A stretch of 64,000 nt of DNA from an uncultured bacterium (lineage in GTDB: Bacteria > Armatimonadota > Abditibacteriia > Abditibacteriales > Abditibacteriaceae): contig CAWJLW010000006.1 in assembly GCA_963843795.1 (NCBI GenBank), positions 2,802,375 through 2,866,374 of the forward strand, written 5' to 3'. Position numbers and translations under genes: made by a program. Positions 11,001 through 18,728 of this stretch are shown in pieces. The first letter of the stretch is position 1, and each line of letters opens with the position of its first letter. The notes under the pieces were generated by a model. That model did no database searches. It had not been told where the DNA came from and saw only the letters and a list, made by a program, of their open reading frames with translations.

Positions 11001-11569
11001 GGAATTAAACCCGAGAGCAGTGCCAGTAACGCGGATATCGTGGCGATGGGTATCGCAAGACGCACTGTCCAGCGGATTCCGCACAAATTGACCCAGGTAA
11101 AAAGCAGGATAATTCCTACGGCCAAAGGCTTGTCCGGAATTCCGGGTAGGTAAAAGGCATGAATCGCCTTCGCAGATAACCAAGCAGTGAGACCACAAGT
11201 GGGAATCCAGCCCCACCAGTAGCAGATACCTGTAAGGTTAGAAAGTACGGGGCTTATGGGACGAAAAGCTTCGGAGCAAGTGGCCGCAATGCCACCAACT
11301 CGATTGGGCCACATCAGCACTAACTCAGTCCATCCAGGCAAAGCCATCCAACTCAGGATTAGCCCTAAAACCAACAAAGGCACTGCCGCACTGCCTTGAG
11401 TGGCAATGAGTCCGGTGGCGCCGCCGATAAGGAACAGGCTCTGATTACTACCGCCCATAGCAAGGGCAGTCGTCCCCAGCCATTCAATCGTGCGAGGATG
11501 AGGAGCAGGAATTTCCTCGTTGTCGCGTCCAACATGTGCTCTGTCGCTTGAATTATCCCGATTCATCAT
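8048..11569 (-). CDS. Hybrid sensor kinase: APC amino-acid permease - 2TM/HAMP - PAS/PAC - HisKA - HATPase - REC
   Basis: About 460-aa multi-TM N-terminus with APC features ([28 protein letters not shown]); [20 protein letters not shown] ending [35 protein letters not shown]-terminal receiver. Confidence 0.92.
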   Translation of the reverse strand: MMNRDNSSDRAHVGRDNEEIPAPHPRTIEWLGTTALAMGGSNQSLFLIGGATGLIATQGSAAVPLLVLGLILSWMALPGWTELVLMWPNRVGGIAATCSEAFRPISPVLSNLTGICYWWGWIPTCGLTAWLSAKAIHAFYLPGIPDKPLAVGIILLFTWVNLCGIRWTVRLAIPIATISALLALLSGLIPILTGRVDWNQATSYQLLTPFKGWFGSWTSAMSGLYLIGFAAPAFEQAASHVGETIDPERNVPRAMYASAIMATLYFLVLPIVWLGVLGVGPATGLAGELQDVLGPTFSPVFLHLGAAAGVWFMVFNMFHGTLAPLAGAARTFSQLAEDGLVPRVFSRRNRNDAPWVTTCFTAACAIIFLLFDDPVWLIAAANFCYLIGICMPSVAVWLLRGSAPDMKRPYRAAPWAINMGFAAAIIWGISAVFGFQQYGLPAIIIGVALAYSCSLLYTWRRWEDRRRTGTAGLTRSLHFKLTGAMIAVLTLDAIGYLLAVSQIKHEQLALRTALEDIFVLVALLTIGVGLVLPGIITHAAEDLSYAAKDLAHGTMKDFSRAMQSLAAGDLDSAHARVSASPININSRDEIGAMAASFNVLQQEIERATVGLDGAREGLREARSALTQTNVELEQQVHETGLALQSAQEAQERMQESEQRFRQVTEHVREVFWMTDVEKNSMLYISPAYEAVWGRRCSDLYESPRIWTEAIVPEDRQRVQLAMTSKQTRGEYNEEYRILRPNGEIRWIHDRAFPIQNEAGDIYRVVGIAEDITERHLALEAMQGARAEADRANAAKSEFLSRMSHELRTPLNAILGFGQLLDKEELDPMAKESVGYILHGGRHLLNLINEVLDIARVESGRLEVSLEPIALDEVVSETCVLVRSLATERGIHLEENFSQLENVYILADRQRLKQALINLLSNAIKYNRVGGKVNVSCQHKEDGRMLLSVHDTGPGIAPQDLAKLFTAFERLNAENSAIEGTGLGLVLSQRLVTAMGGILSVTSTLGEGTTFTIDLPHTSAPEMQLTNFAQNFAPAQTADALQQSYRILCIEDNPSNFRLIQTILRSRPEIELLSAIQGSVGLDLARQHEPNLILLDLNLPDMHGQEILARLQQSALTRDIPVIVVSADATSKQIERLLNAGANAYLTKPLDVEQFLETLDELLQPTIVDAEVTA

Positions 11570-12142
11570 GTTGGCTCCTGAGTAAGACCACCCGCTTATG
11601 CCTTAACTTCATTTTATTAATTAGATAAGGTTGAAATACCATATTGGGTTCAACCTTTGATTTCGTTCCCGTGCGCTGTCACGGTGTCTGGCGTAAGTGC
11701 CGGAATTTTCAATTGTTTAAGACAAAACGGATTTAATTTATGATGAAAACGGTTCAAGTCGCGGTCGTAATTGCAAAGAAAAAGCCGAATGACAACTTTT
11801 CCTCATGCGATGTCCACAAAAGAATTCTTTGCAGAACAGTGACTTGATACATGAGGAAAGCTTGAGAAAAATCTGTTCCGAGAGTTCGATAATTGGCCGT
11901 ATCACGCTTGCAAACAGTTGCACATGATTTGCCAATTAAGCGCTTCCCCTGAAAAATTCCAGCCGCTAACTTGTCCTTATCTCACAAATCGAGATGAAGC
12001 TTGAAATCTCATCATGTGTGTCATATGTGTCATAAAGTCCACTGCAAGTACTTGCAGCGGGCAAAGATTTCGACACATGATTTAAAATGTCCTGCAAGTA
12101 CTTGCAGGACAGTCTTTGTGTGCTGCAAATGATTTGATTTTT

Positions 12143-13318
12143 ATGCACGAATTGAAAATTCTCGTTACCGGCGGCGGCAGCAGCGGGCACATTTCGCCCG
12201 CGCTGGCGATTATCGACGCCATTCAAAACTTCAATGCAACCGATTGGACGCCGCGTTTTTTGTATGTCGGCGGCAAGCGCGGCTTAGAAGGCGAACTGGT
12301 CAAACGCGCGGGCGTGCCGTTTGTCGGCGTGGAAACTGGAAAATTGCGGCGTTATCTTTCGCGCGAGAACTTTACCGATATGGCGCGCGTGCCGGTCGGC
12401 GTCGTGCAAGCGATGCGACATGTGCGCAATTTCGCGCCCGATGTGGTTCTGGCGACCGGCGGTTATGTGGCTGTGCCGCCGGTTCTGGCGGCAGCCGTGC
12501 GGCGCGTGCCGATTGTGACGCACGAGCAAACCGTGCAAATCGGGCTGGCCAATCGCATCAACGCGCGTTTCGCCGCGCGCATCGGTTTGTCATTCGAAAG
12601 CGCCTTGCAAGAATTGCCACCGAAGCAGCGCCCTAAAGCGTTCGTGGTCGGCAATCCGGTGCGCGCGCAGATTTTCGGCGGCGACAAAAAGCGCGCGGTC
12701 GAATATTGCGGTTTTGATACTGCAGACGATAACTTACCGACAATTTACGTGACCGGCGGCAGCCAGGGCGCGCGCATTTTGAATCTCGCGGTCGAGGAAG
12801 TTTTGCCACAGTTGCTCGAAGTCGTGCGCGTGGTTCATCAGTGCGGACAGCAACCGGCGAATGATGAACAGGATTTCGACCGGCTCGAACGCGCTTCAGA
12901 AAAGCTCGATGCCCGCTTGCGCAAGCGTTACTTCCTGACGCGTTTTGTGCGCGATGAAATTAACGATGTTTTTGCCTTAGCCGATTTGGTCGTCGGGCGC
13001 GCCGGAGCCGGAACCGTCACCGAATTGTGCGCGCTGGGCAAACCCGCGTTGTATGTTCCGCTCGTGCCAACTGGTGGCGACGAACAAACGCGCAACGCGC
13101 AGATGTGTGCCCAAATCGGCGCGGCACAAATCATCAAACAAAGCGAATTTGGTGGCACGCGTTTGCTGGAAGCGGTGCAAGTACTTGCAGCCGACAAAAC
13201 GCGCTTGCAAGAGATGGGCGCCTCAGCTTTGACGCTGGCCAAACCCAACGCGGCGCACGATATGGCGCGCACGGTTGTCGAACTGGGCTTGCAACATCGC
13301 AATCGCAAAAAAACGTGA
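12143..13318 (+). CDS. murG: Lipid II GlcNAc transferase MurG
   Basis: TGGGSSGHISP, TGGYV, HEQ, GNPVR, GGSQGA, RAGAGT and QTRNA motifs; start re-assigned to ATG 12143. Confidence 0.96.
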   Translation: MHELKILVTGGGSSGHISPALAIIDAIQNFNATDWTPRFLYVGGKRGLEGELVKRAGVPFVGVETGKLRRYLSRENFTDMARVPVGVVQAMRHVRNFAPDVVLATGGYVAVPPVLAAAVRRVPIVTHEQTVQIGLANRINARFAARIGLSFESALQELPPKQRPKAFVVGNPVRAQIFGGDKKRAVEYCGFDTADDNLPTIYVTGGSQGARILNLAVEEVLPQLLEVVRVVHQCGQQPANDEQDFDRLERASEKLDARLRKRYFLTRFVRDEINDVFALADLVVGRAGAGTVTELCALGKPALYVPLVPTGGDEQTRNAQMCAQIGAAQIIKQSEFGGTRLLEAVQVLAADKTRLQEMGASALTLAKPNAAHDMARTVVELGLQHRNRKKT

Positions 13319-13394
13319 GGCGCGCACTTCGATGGAATGCGCGTTGCAAGTACTTGCGCCGGTTCTGCCGCAGGTTTGGGCAAAGGAATAAATT

Positions 13395-14513
13395 ATGAAC
13401 GATTCACGTTACGATAAATTAGCCGCTCAACTGGTCTCGCACTCGACCGAACTGCAATCTGGAGAAAATGTGCTCATCGAAGCTTTCGATGTGCCGCCGG
13501 AAATGACGGTTGCTCTGGTGCGCGCGGCGCAGAAAGTCGGCGCCAATCCGGTGATTAATATTCGTCAAGGCAGCGTCACGCGCGCTTTGTTGCAAGGCGC
13601 GACCGAAGCCAGCATGAAGGCCAACGCCGAAGTCGCGCTGCATCAAATGGAAAAAATGCAGGCTTATATCGGCGTGCGCGGCGGTCACAATTCGGCGGAA
13701 TTATCCGATGTGCCCGACGATAAAATGAAACTGTTCGCGCGACACTGGTCGCATCCGGTGCATTTGGAACAGCGCGTCAAGAAAACGCGCTGGGTGGTTT
13801 TGCGTTTTCCGAATCCTTCGATGGCACAAGAAGCCAAAATGTCGACCGAAGCCTTTGAAGATTTTTACTTCGACGTTTGCATGATGGATTATTCGAAAAT
13901 GCAAAAAGCCTGCGAACCGCTGCAAGAAGCGATGGAAAAAGCCGACCGCGTTCACATCAAAGGTCCGGGCACCGACTTGGAATTTTCGATCAAAGATATC
14001 GGCGTGATTCCGTGCTTTGGCCTGCGCAATATTCCCGATGGCGAGTGTTTCACCGCGCCGGTCAAAGATTCGATTAACGGCACTCTGCTCTACAATTGCC
14101 CGACGATTCAGAATGGCGTCACGCACGAAAATGTGAGTTTGACCCTGAAAGACGGCAAAATCATTCAAGCCACCAGTTCGCAAACCGAAGCGTTGAACGA
14201 AGTTTTGGACACCGATGAAGGCGCGCGTTATATCGGCGAATGGAGTTTGGGCTTCAATCCGTACATCACGCAGCCGATGAAAGACACCTTGTTCGACGAG
14301 AAAATTGCCGGCAGTTTTCATTTCACGCCCGGTCAGGCGTATGAAGCGGCGGATAACGGCAATCGTAGCGAAATTCACTGGGATATGGTCTGTATTCAGC
14401 GCGCTGATTTTGGCGGCGGCGAAATCTGGTTCGATGACGAATTGGTGCGCAAAGACGGCATTTTCGTGCCCGAAAAACTGCAGGGTTTGAATCCCGAAAA
14501 TCTCAAGTCATAG
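13395..14513 (+). CDS. Aminopeptidase, peptidase M29 (AmpS/AmpT-like)
   Basis: NIPDGECFTAP, YIGE, LFDEKIAGSFHFTPG and SEIHWDMV motifs. Confidence 0.9.
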   Translation: MNDSRYDKLAAQLVSHSTELQSGENVLIEAFDVPPEMTVALVRAAQKVGANPVINIRQGSVTRALLQGATEASMKANAEVALHQMEKMQAYIGVRGGHNSAELSDVPDDKMKLFARHWSHPVHLEQRVKKTRWVVLRFPNPSMAQEAKMSTEAFEDFYFDVCMMDYSKMQKACEPLQEAMEKADRVHIKGPGTDLEFSIKDIGVIPCFGLRNIPDGECFTAPVKDSINGTLLYNCPTIQNGVTHENVSLTLKDGKIIQATSSQTEALNEVLDTDEGARYIGEWSLGFNPYITQPMKDTLFDEKIAGSFHFTPGQAYEAADNGNRSEIHWDMVCIQRADFGGGEIWFDDELVRKDGIFVPEKLQGLNPENLKS

Positions 14514-14554
14514 AATTTCATTCAAGCACTGGTCAAAAATTTCATCCCCTTTCT

Positions 14555-16036
14555 ATGAAAAATTCTCTCTATGCCGCCATTGATTTGGGCGCCGAATCTG
14601 GGCGCGTCATTCGCGGCGCGTTCGATGGCGAAAAGTTGCAACTCGATGTGCTGAATCGTTTCGCCAATACGCCAGTGCAAACTTTGGGCACGCTGCAATG
14701 GGATATTTTGCGTTTGTGGAACGATATTCAAGACGGATTGAGCCAACTCGCTACGAACGATGCCGAAGAATTGAAAAGCATCGGCGTCGATACGTGGGGC
14801 GTCGATTTCGGTTTATTGGACGAACGCGACCAGTTGCTGGGCAATCCGGTTCATTATCGCGACGCGCGCCACACGGGCATGATGGAATTGGCCGTCGAAC
14901 GCATCGGCGGTGAAAAGTTATTTGCGCGCACTGGCTTGCAACTAATGCCGTTCAACACCCTATTTCAATTGCTGGCTTTGAAAGAAAAAGCATCGCCGCA
15001 ATTAGAAATCGCGCGCAGTTTGTTGTTCACGCCCGATTTGCTGCATTTCTGGCTCAGCGGCGAGAAAAAAAGCGAATATTCCATCGCCTCGACTTCGCAA
15101 ATGCTGAGCGTTCAAGCGCGCGATTGGGACAGAGAATTGTTGAGCGAACTCGATTTGCCGCTGCAAGTACTTGCGCCCATCGTCGCGCCCGGCAGCGAAT
15201 TGGGAAATTTGCATCCGAGCGTGGTTAAACGCATCGGATTGAAAGCGCATACAAAAATCGTCGTGCCCGCCAGCCACGACACGGCTTCGGCGGTTTTGGC
15301 CGTGCCCGCGCAAGGCGAAAACTGGGCGTATTTGTCGAGCGGAACGTGGAGTTTGATGGGCATCGAAATTCCCCAACCGCTTTTGGACGAACGCGTGCGC
15401 GAATGGAATTTTACTAACGAGGGCGGCGTCGGCAACACAATTCGCTTGCTAAAAAACATTGCTGGATTGTGGCTGGTTCAGGGCTGCAGGCGTTCGTTTA
15501 TCAAAAGCGGCCACGATTTTTCCTATTCGGCGCTCACCGAAATGGCCACCAAGTCTGCGCCACTGCAAAGCCTTGTCGAACCCGACGATTCAACTTTCGC
15601 TGCGCCCGACGACATGGCGCAAGCAATTCGCAACTGGTGCCAGAAAACCGCTCAAAAAGTGCCGGAAAGCGAAGGCGAATTGGTGCGCTGTTGCTTGGAA
15701 TCATTGGCGCTGAAATATCGTTGGACACTGGAGCGGTTGGAACAACTGCGCGGGCATCGTATCGACACCTTGCATATCGTCGGCGGTGGCGTGCAAAACG
15801 AACTGCTGTGCCAACTGACCGCCGATTGCTTGCAAAGAACTGTCGTCGCTGGCCCGATTGAAGCGACCGCAGCTGGCAACGTTCTCACGCAAATGCTGGG
15901 CTTGGGCGCAATCGAAAACATCGCGCAAGCGCGCGCAATCGTGCGCCATTCGTTCGAACTCAAAACCTACGAACCGGTTGCAAGTACTTGCGATGCATGG
16001 GACGCAGCTTATGCGCGTTTTGAAAGTTGGCTGTGA
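14555..16036 (+). CDS. rhaB: Rhamnulokinase-family FGGY sugar kinase
   Basis: AIDLGAESGR, IGVDTWGVDF, HDTASAV, SSGTWSL, FTNEGG, KNIAGLW, EATAAGN; substrate not certain. Confidence 0.85.
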   Translation: MKNSLYAAIDLGAESGRVIRGAFDGEKLQLDVLNRFANTPVQTLGTLQWDILRLWNDIQDGLSQLATNDAEELKSIGVDTWGVDFGLLDERDQLLGNPVHYRDARHTGMMELAVERIGGEKLFARTGLQLMPFNTLFQLLALKEKASPQLEIARSLLFTPDLLHFWLSGEKKSEYSIASTSQMLSVQARDWDRELLSELDLPLQVLAPIVAPGSELGNLHPSVVKRIGLKAHTKIVVPASHDTASAVLAVPAQGENWAYLSSGTWSLMGIEIPQPLLDERVREWNFTNEGGVGNTIRLLKNIAGLWLVQGCRRSFIKSGHDFSYSALTEMATKSAPLQSLVEPDDSTFAAPDDMAQAIRNWCQKTAQKVPESEGELVRCCLESLALKYRWTLERLEQLRGHRIDTLHIVGGGVQNELLCQLTADCLQRTVVAGPIEATAAGNVLTQMLGLGAIENIAQARAIVRHSFELKTYEPVASTCDAWDAAYARFESWL

Positions 16037-16088
16037 ATTACAATCTTGCGTTTCGTGTTTTTCATAAAAAGGTGGCAAAGTAAGTCTT

Positions 16089-16616
16089 ATGAAAAAACCA
16101 ATTAAGATTGTTGCGTTGTTTGTTCCGATTGTTGCTCTGGTATTTCTGGGCTTTTTTCTCAGTGCGCGCTCGAAAGCTCAGATGAATCAAGCGATGTTTT
16201 TGGCAGCGGGCGAAGGCGATAATACCCGTGTTAAAGAACTCATTGAAAGCGGTGCGAATCCCAGCGCTGAAAGAAAAGATGATAAAGCGGGTGGTGAATT
16301 CTTACCGCTACACATCGCCGCGATGGAAGGGCACGATGATGTCGTTCAAACTCTACTCGCTCACGGAGCAGACGCGAACGCACCGTCTTTTAAACATCAA
16401 ATTACGCCATTGCAAATGGCCGTGACGCGTGGCCGGGCTTCCACTATCAGAATATTGCTTGCCAAAGGTGCCGATCCGAATCGCAAAGATAAGCATGGCC
16501 GCACGGCGCTGGATAATGCGCTGTCAATTCTAAAATTGCCTTCCATAGCTCGCAGTCCACATCCTGAATACCAAGAATCCGTTCGTATACTTCAACAAGC
16601 CAACGGCCAGAAATAA
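16089..16616 (+). CDS. Ankyrin-repeat protein with N-terminal membrane anchor or signal
   Basis: PLHIAA..GH..VV..LL..GADAN, TPLQMA and GRTAL repeats; hydrophobic N-terminus. Confidence 0.9.
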   Translation: MKKPIKIVALFVPIVALVFLGFFLSARSKAQMNQAMFLAAGEGDNTRVKELIESGANPSAERKDDKAGGEFLPLHIAAMEGHDDVVQTLLAHGADANAPSFKHQITPLQMAVTRGRASTIRILLAKGADPNRKDKHGRTALDNALSILKLPSIARSPHPEYQESVRILQQANGQK

Positions 16617-16630
16617 CCGTTCAGAAATGC

Positions 16631-16668
16631 CAAACAGCCGGATATTCTATAGAATATCCGGCTGTTTG
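16631..16668. terminator. Perfect 38-bp palindrome between convergent genes, probable bidirectional terminator
   Basis: CAAACAGCCGGATATTCTA|TAGAATATCCGGCTGTTTG between the ankyrin stop (16616) and the sod stop (16697). Confidence 0.8.
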
Positions 16669-16696
16669 TATATGCAAGTACTTGCAGACTGTGTTT

Positions 16697-17461
16697 TTAC
16701 GCTTTCCAGTTGCTTTGCATCCAGCGCAGGCGCGAATTGACTTCGTCCCAGTTCACGACATTCCACCACGCTTTGAGATAATCGGCACGCTTGTTTTTGT
16801 ATTTCAGATAGTAAGCGTGCTCCCACACATCGTTGCCCATCACGGGGAACATGCCCATCGAAATCGGGTTGTCTTGGTTGGGCGTCGAAATGATTTTCAT
16901 GCGACCGCCATCATTGACTAACCACACCCAACCGCTGCCGAAACGCTTTTCGCCCGCCGAATTGAACGCCGTTTTGAAAGCGCTGAACGAACCGAAGCTC
17001 GAAGCGATGATGCGCGCGATTTCGCCTTTGGGCGCGCCGCCACCGTTCGGACTCATCAAGGGCCAAAACATCGAGTGATTGACGTGGCCGCCCGCGTTGT
17101 TGCGCACTTTGTCGCGAATCGCGGCAGGCAATTTGTCCAAGCTCATCAGCATGGTTTGCGGTGTCAGGCTGGCATATTGAGGATAGGCCTTCACGACTTC
17201 GTTGAGTTTGGCCACATAGCCCGCGTGATGCTTGTCGTGGTGCGTACGCATCGTCGTGGTGTCGATATACGGGTTCAATGCACTGTAAGAATATGGCAGG
17301 GGCGGCAAATCGAATGGGCCAACCGGTGCGGCTTCGGCGCGGGTTTCCAAATGGCCGGTAAATTTGGCAGCGGCAGCAACCAAAGGTGCGGCCATCGCGT
17401 AGCCGAGCAACGAACGGCGCGAAAGTTGGGCGTTACGAGCAGTGGTTTCGATGAGATTCAT
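16697..17461 (-). CDS. sodA: Mn/Fe superoxide dismutase (Mn-type signature) with Tat-like signal peptide
   Basis: [36 protein letters not shown]-terminal SRRSLL plus hydrophobic stretch and AEA. Confidence 0.92.
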   Translation of the reverse strand: MNLIETTARNAQLSRRSLLGYAMAAPLVAAAAKFTGHLETRAEAAPVGPFDLPPLPYSYSALNPYIDTTTMRTHHDKHHAGYVAKLNEVVKAYPQYASLTPQTMLMSLDKLPAAIRDKVRNNAGGHVNHSMFWPLMSPNGGGAPKGEIARIIASSFGSFSAFKTAFNSAGEKRFGSGWVWLVNDGGRMKIISTPNQDNPISMGMFPVMGNDVWEHAYYLKYKNKRADYLKAWWNVVNWDEVNSRLRWMQSNWKA

Positions 17462-17523
17462 AAGTTGTCCTCCAGATTTTCATTTCACATGCGTTCATTT
17501 TTTGTGCCGCGCTGGCCAAAAAC

Positions 17524-17562
17524 AAAAAACCGCTTACATCGAGAAGAATCGATGACAAGCGG
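17524..17562 (-). terminator. Intrinsic terminator downstream of the lipoprotein gene
   Basis: Minus strand CCGCTTGTCATCGA-loop-TCGATGTAAGCGG followed by TTTTTT. Confidence 0.65.
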
Positions 17563-17592
17563 AAGGTTAGTGTTGAAATGATTTTTCGGATT

Positions 17593-18051
17593 TCACTCCG
17601 TCTTGATGAAAATCATGCCGTTGGTACCAGCGCCGGACGGGTTTTGCAATGTCATTCGCGAATTATCAGGAGCAATTTGCAAATTCAGTGGTCGGCTTTG
17701 AGCGTTGGCCGATTTGCTGACATCAACTTTGTTCAATGTAGTGATGGTCAAAACGACCAGGTTCTTTTCTTCATCAAGAGTCCATGTGCCGCTCGAAGGA
17801 AACAGCAAATTCATCGCGAAAGTTTTATCGGCTTTGAGGTCGAGCGTGATGCTGCCCATCATTTCCTTCATCGACTCGGCCATCGCTTTGGCTTGCACAT
17901 CGCCGGGCTTGGTTGCGGGCAGTTTCATATTGCTGTTGTCGGCCTTCCATTTTCCTACCAACTGCGCCGCGCGATCAACTTTGGTGTTGCAGCCCGCCAT
18001 CAGCACAATTGCCAATAGCGCCCACCAGCGCCATTTTGCTTGATATTTCAT
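17593..18051 (-). CDS. Hypothetical lipoprotein (lipocalin-like beta protein possible)
   Basis: MKYQAKWRWWALLAIVLMAGC lipobox; LVGKW and GTW motifs; start re-assigned to 18051. Confidence 0.7.
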   Translation of the reverse strand: MKYQAKWRWWALLAIVLMAGCNTKVDRAAQLVGKWKADNSNMKLPATKPGDVQAKAMAESMKEMMGSITLDLKADKTFAMNLLFPSSGTWTLDEEKNLVVLTITTLNKVDVSKSANAQSRPLNLQIAPDNSRMTLQNPSGAGTNGMIFIKTE

Positions 18052-18103
18052 AATTTTCCTAATTTGGTTGCAATTTGATTCGGCAAGTACTTGCGGGGCG
18101 ATT

Positions 18104-18679
18104 TCAAGCGTCGAGATGATTTTCGATGCGCTTATCGGGCACGAACCAGATGAGCGCGACGGCCACATACACTGCGAGCGCAAGCCAGCGATTGACAAAA
18201 GCCAGCGGAATAGCAACGCAATACAACAGAACGGAAACTTTGCCCTTGAAATCGCTGCGAAAAGCGCGTGCTATTATGGAATCTGGCCCTTCGGCGCGCA
18301 TTAAAGCGCGCACCAAAATCGCATAAGCGACGCCACACATCATTAAATTTGCGCCATAAACCGCGACTGGCAAAGTCGCGAAGGAATTTTCGCCCATCCA
18401 ACCGGTCGTGAACGGCACCAGAGAAAGCCAGAACAGCAAATGCAAATTCGCCCACAAAGTCGCCCCATTGATTTTTTCGACCGCATGCATCATGTGATGA
18501 TGGTTGTTCCAGTAAATGCCGATATAGATAAACGACAACACATAGCTAATTGCCACGCCGCTTAAACTTTGCAGAGCGTGCCAATCGGCACCGTGAGGCA
18601 CTTTGAATTCCAACACCATGATGGTGATGATGATTGCAATCACGCCATCGCTAAACGCTTCCAAACGATCAGTTGACAT
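18104..18679 (-). CDS. TMEM175-family (DUF1211) potassium channel
   Basis: RLEAFSDGVIAIIITIMVL, YWNNHH and LVPFTT signatures. Confidence 0.92.
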   Translation of the reverse strand: MSTDRLEAFSDGVIAIIITIMVLEFKVPHGADWHALQSLSGVAISYVLSFIYIGIYWNNHHHMMHAVEKINGATLWANLHLLFWLSLVPFTTGWMGENSFATLPVAVYGANLMMCGVAYAILVRALMRAEGPDSIIARAFRSDFKGKVSVLLYCVAIPLAFVNRWLALAVYVAVALIWFVPDKRIENHLDA

Positions 18680-18728
18680 AGAATGGGTTTCACGTCGCCC
18701 TGCAAGTACTTGCCGCATCGTTTGAACT

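Larger units (their letters stand above)
6975..12040. other. Probable horizontally inserted two-gene signalling island
   Basis: Opposite strand to flanking dcw genes; visibly more AT-rich with fewer GCGCGC runs (not computed); bounded by the murG duplicate; no mobility gene inside. Confidence 0.7.

Noticed and set aside
6975..12040. Absence of the palindrome in the island (and in the CHAT and GT2 genes) as proof of foreign origin
   Set aside because: Coding copies average only about one per 4-5 kb, so gaps of 3-5 kb are expected by chance; used only as weak support.
11570..12040. Small ORFs or an ncRNA in the AT-rich spacer
   Set aside because: No recognisable motif, RBS or structure; likely the promoter region of the kinase operon.
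17462..17592. Possible metal-sensing riboswitch upstream of sodA
   Set aside because: The hairpin lies only ~30 bp after the upstream stop, leaving no room for an aptamer; it is better explained as a simple terminator.
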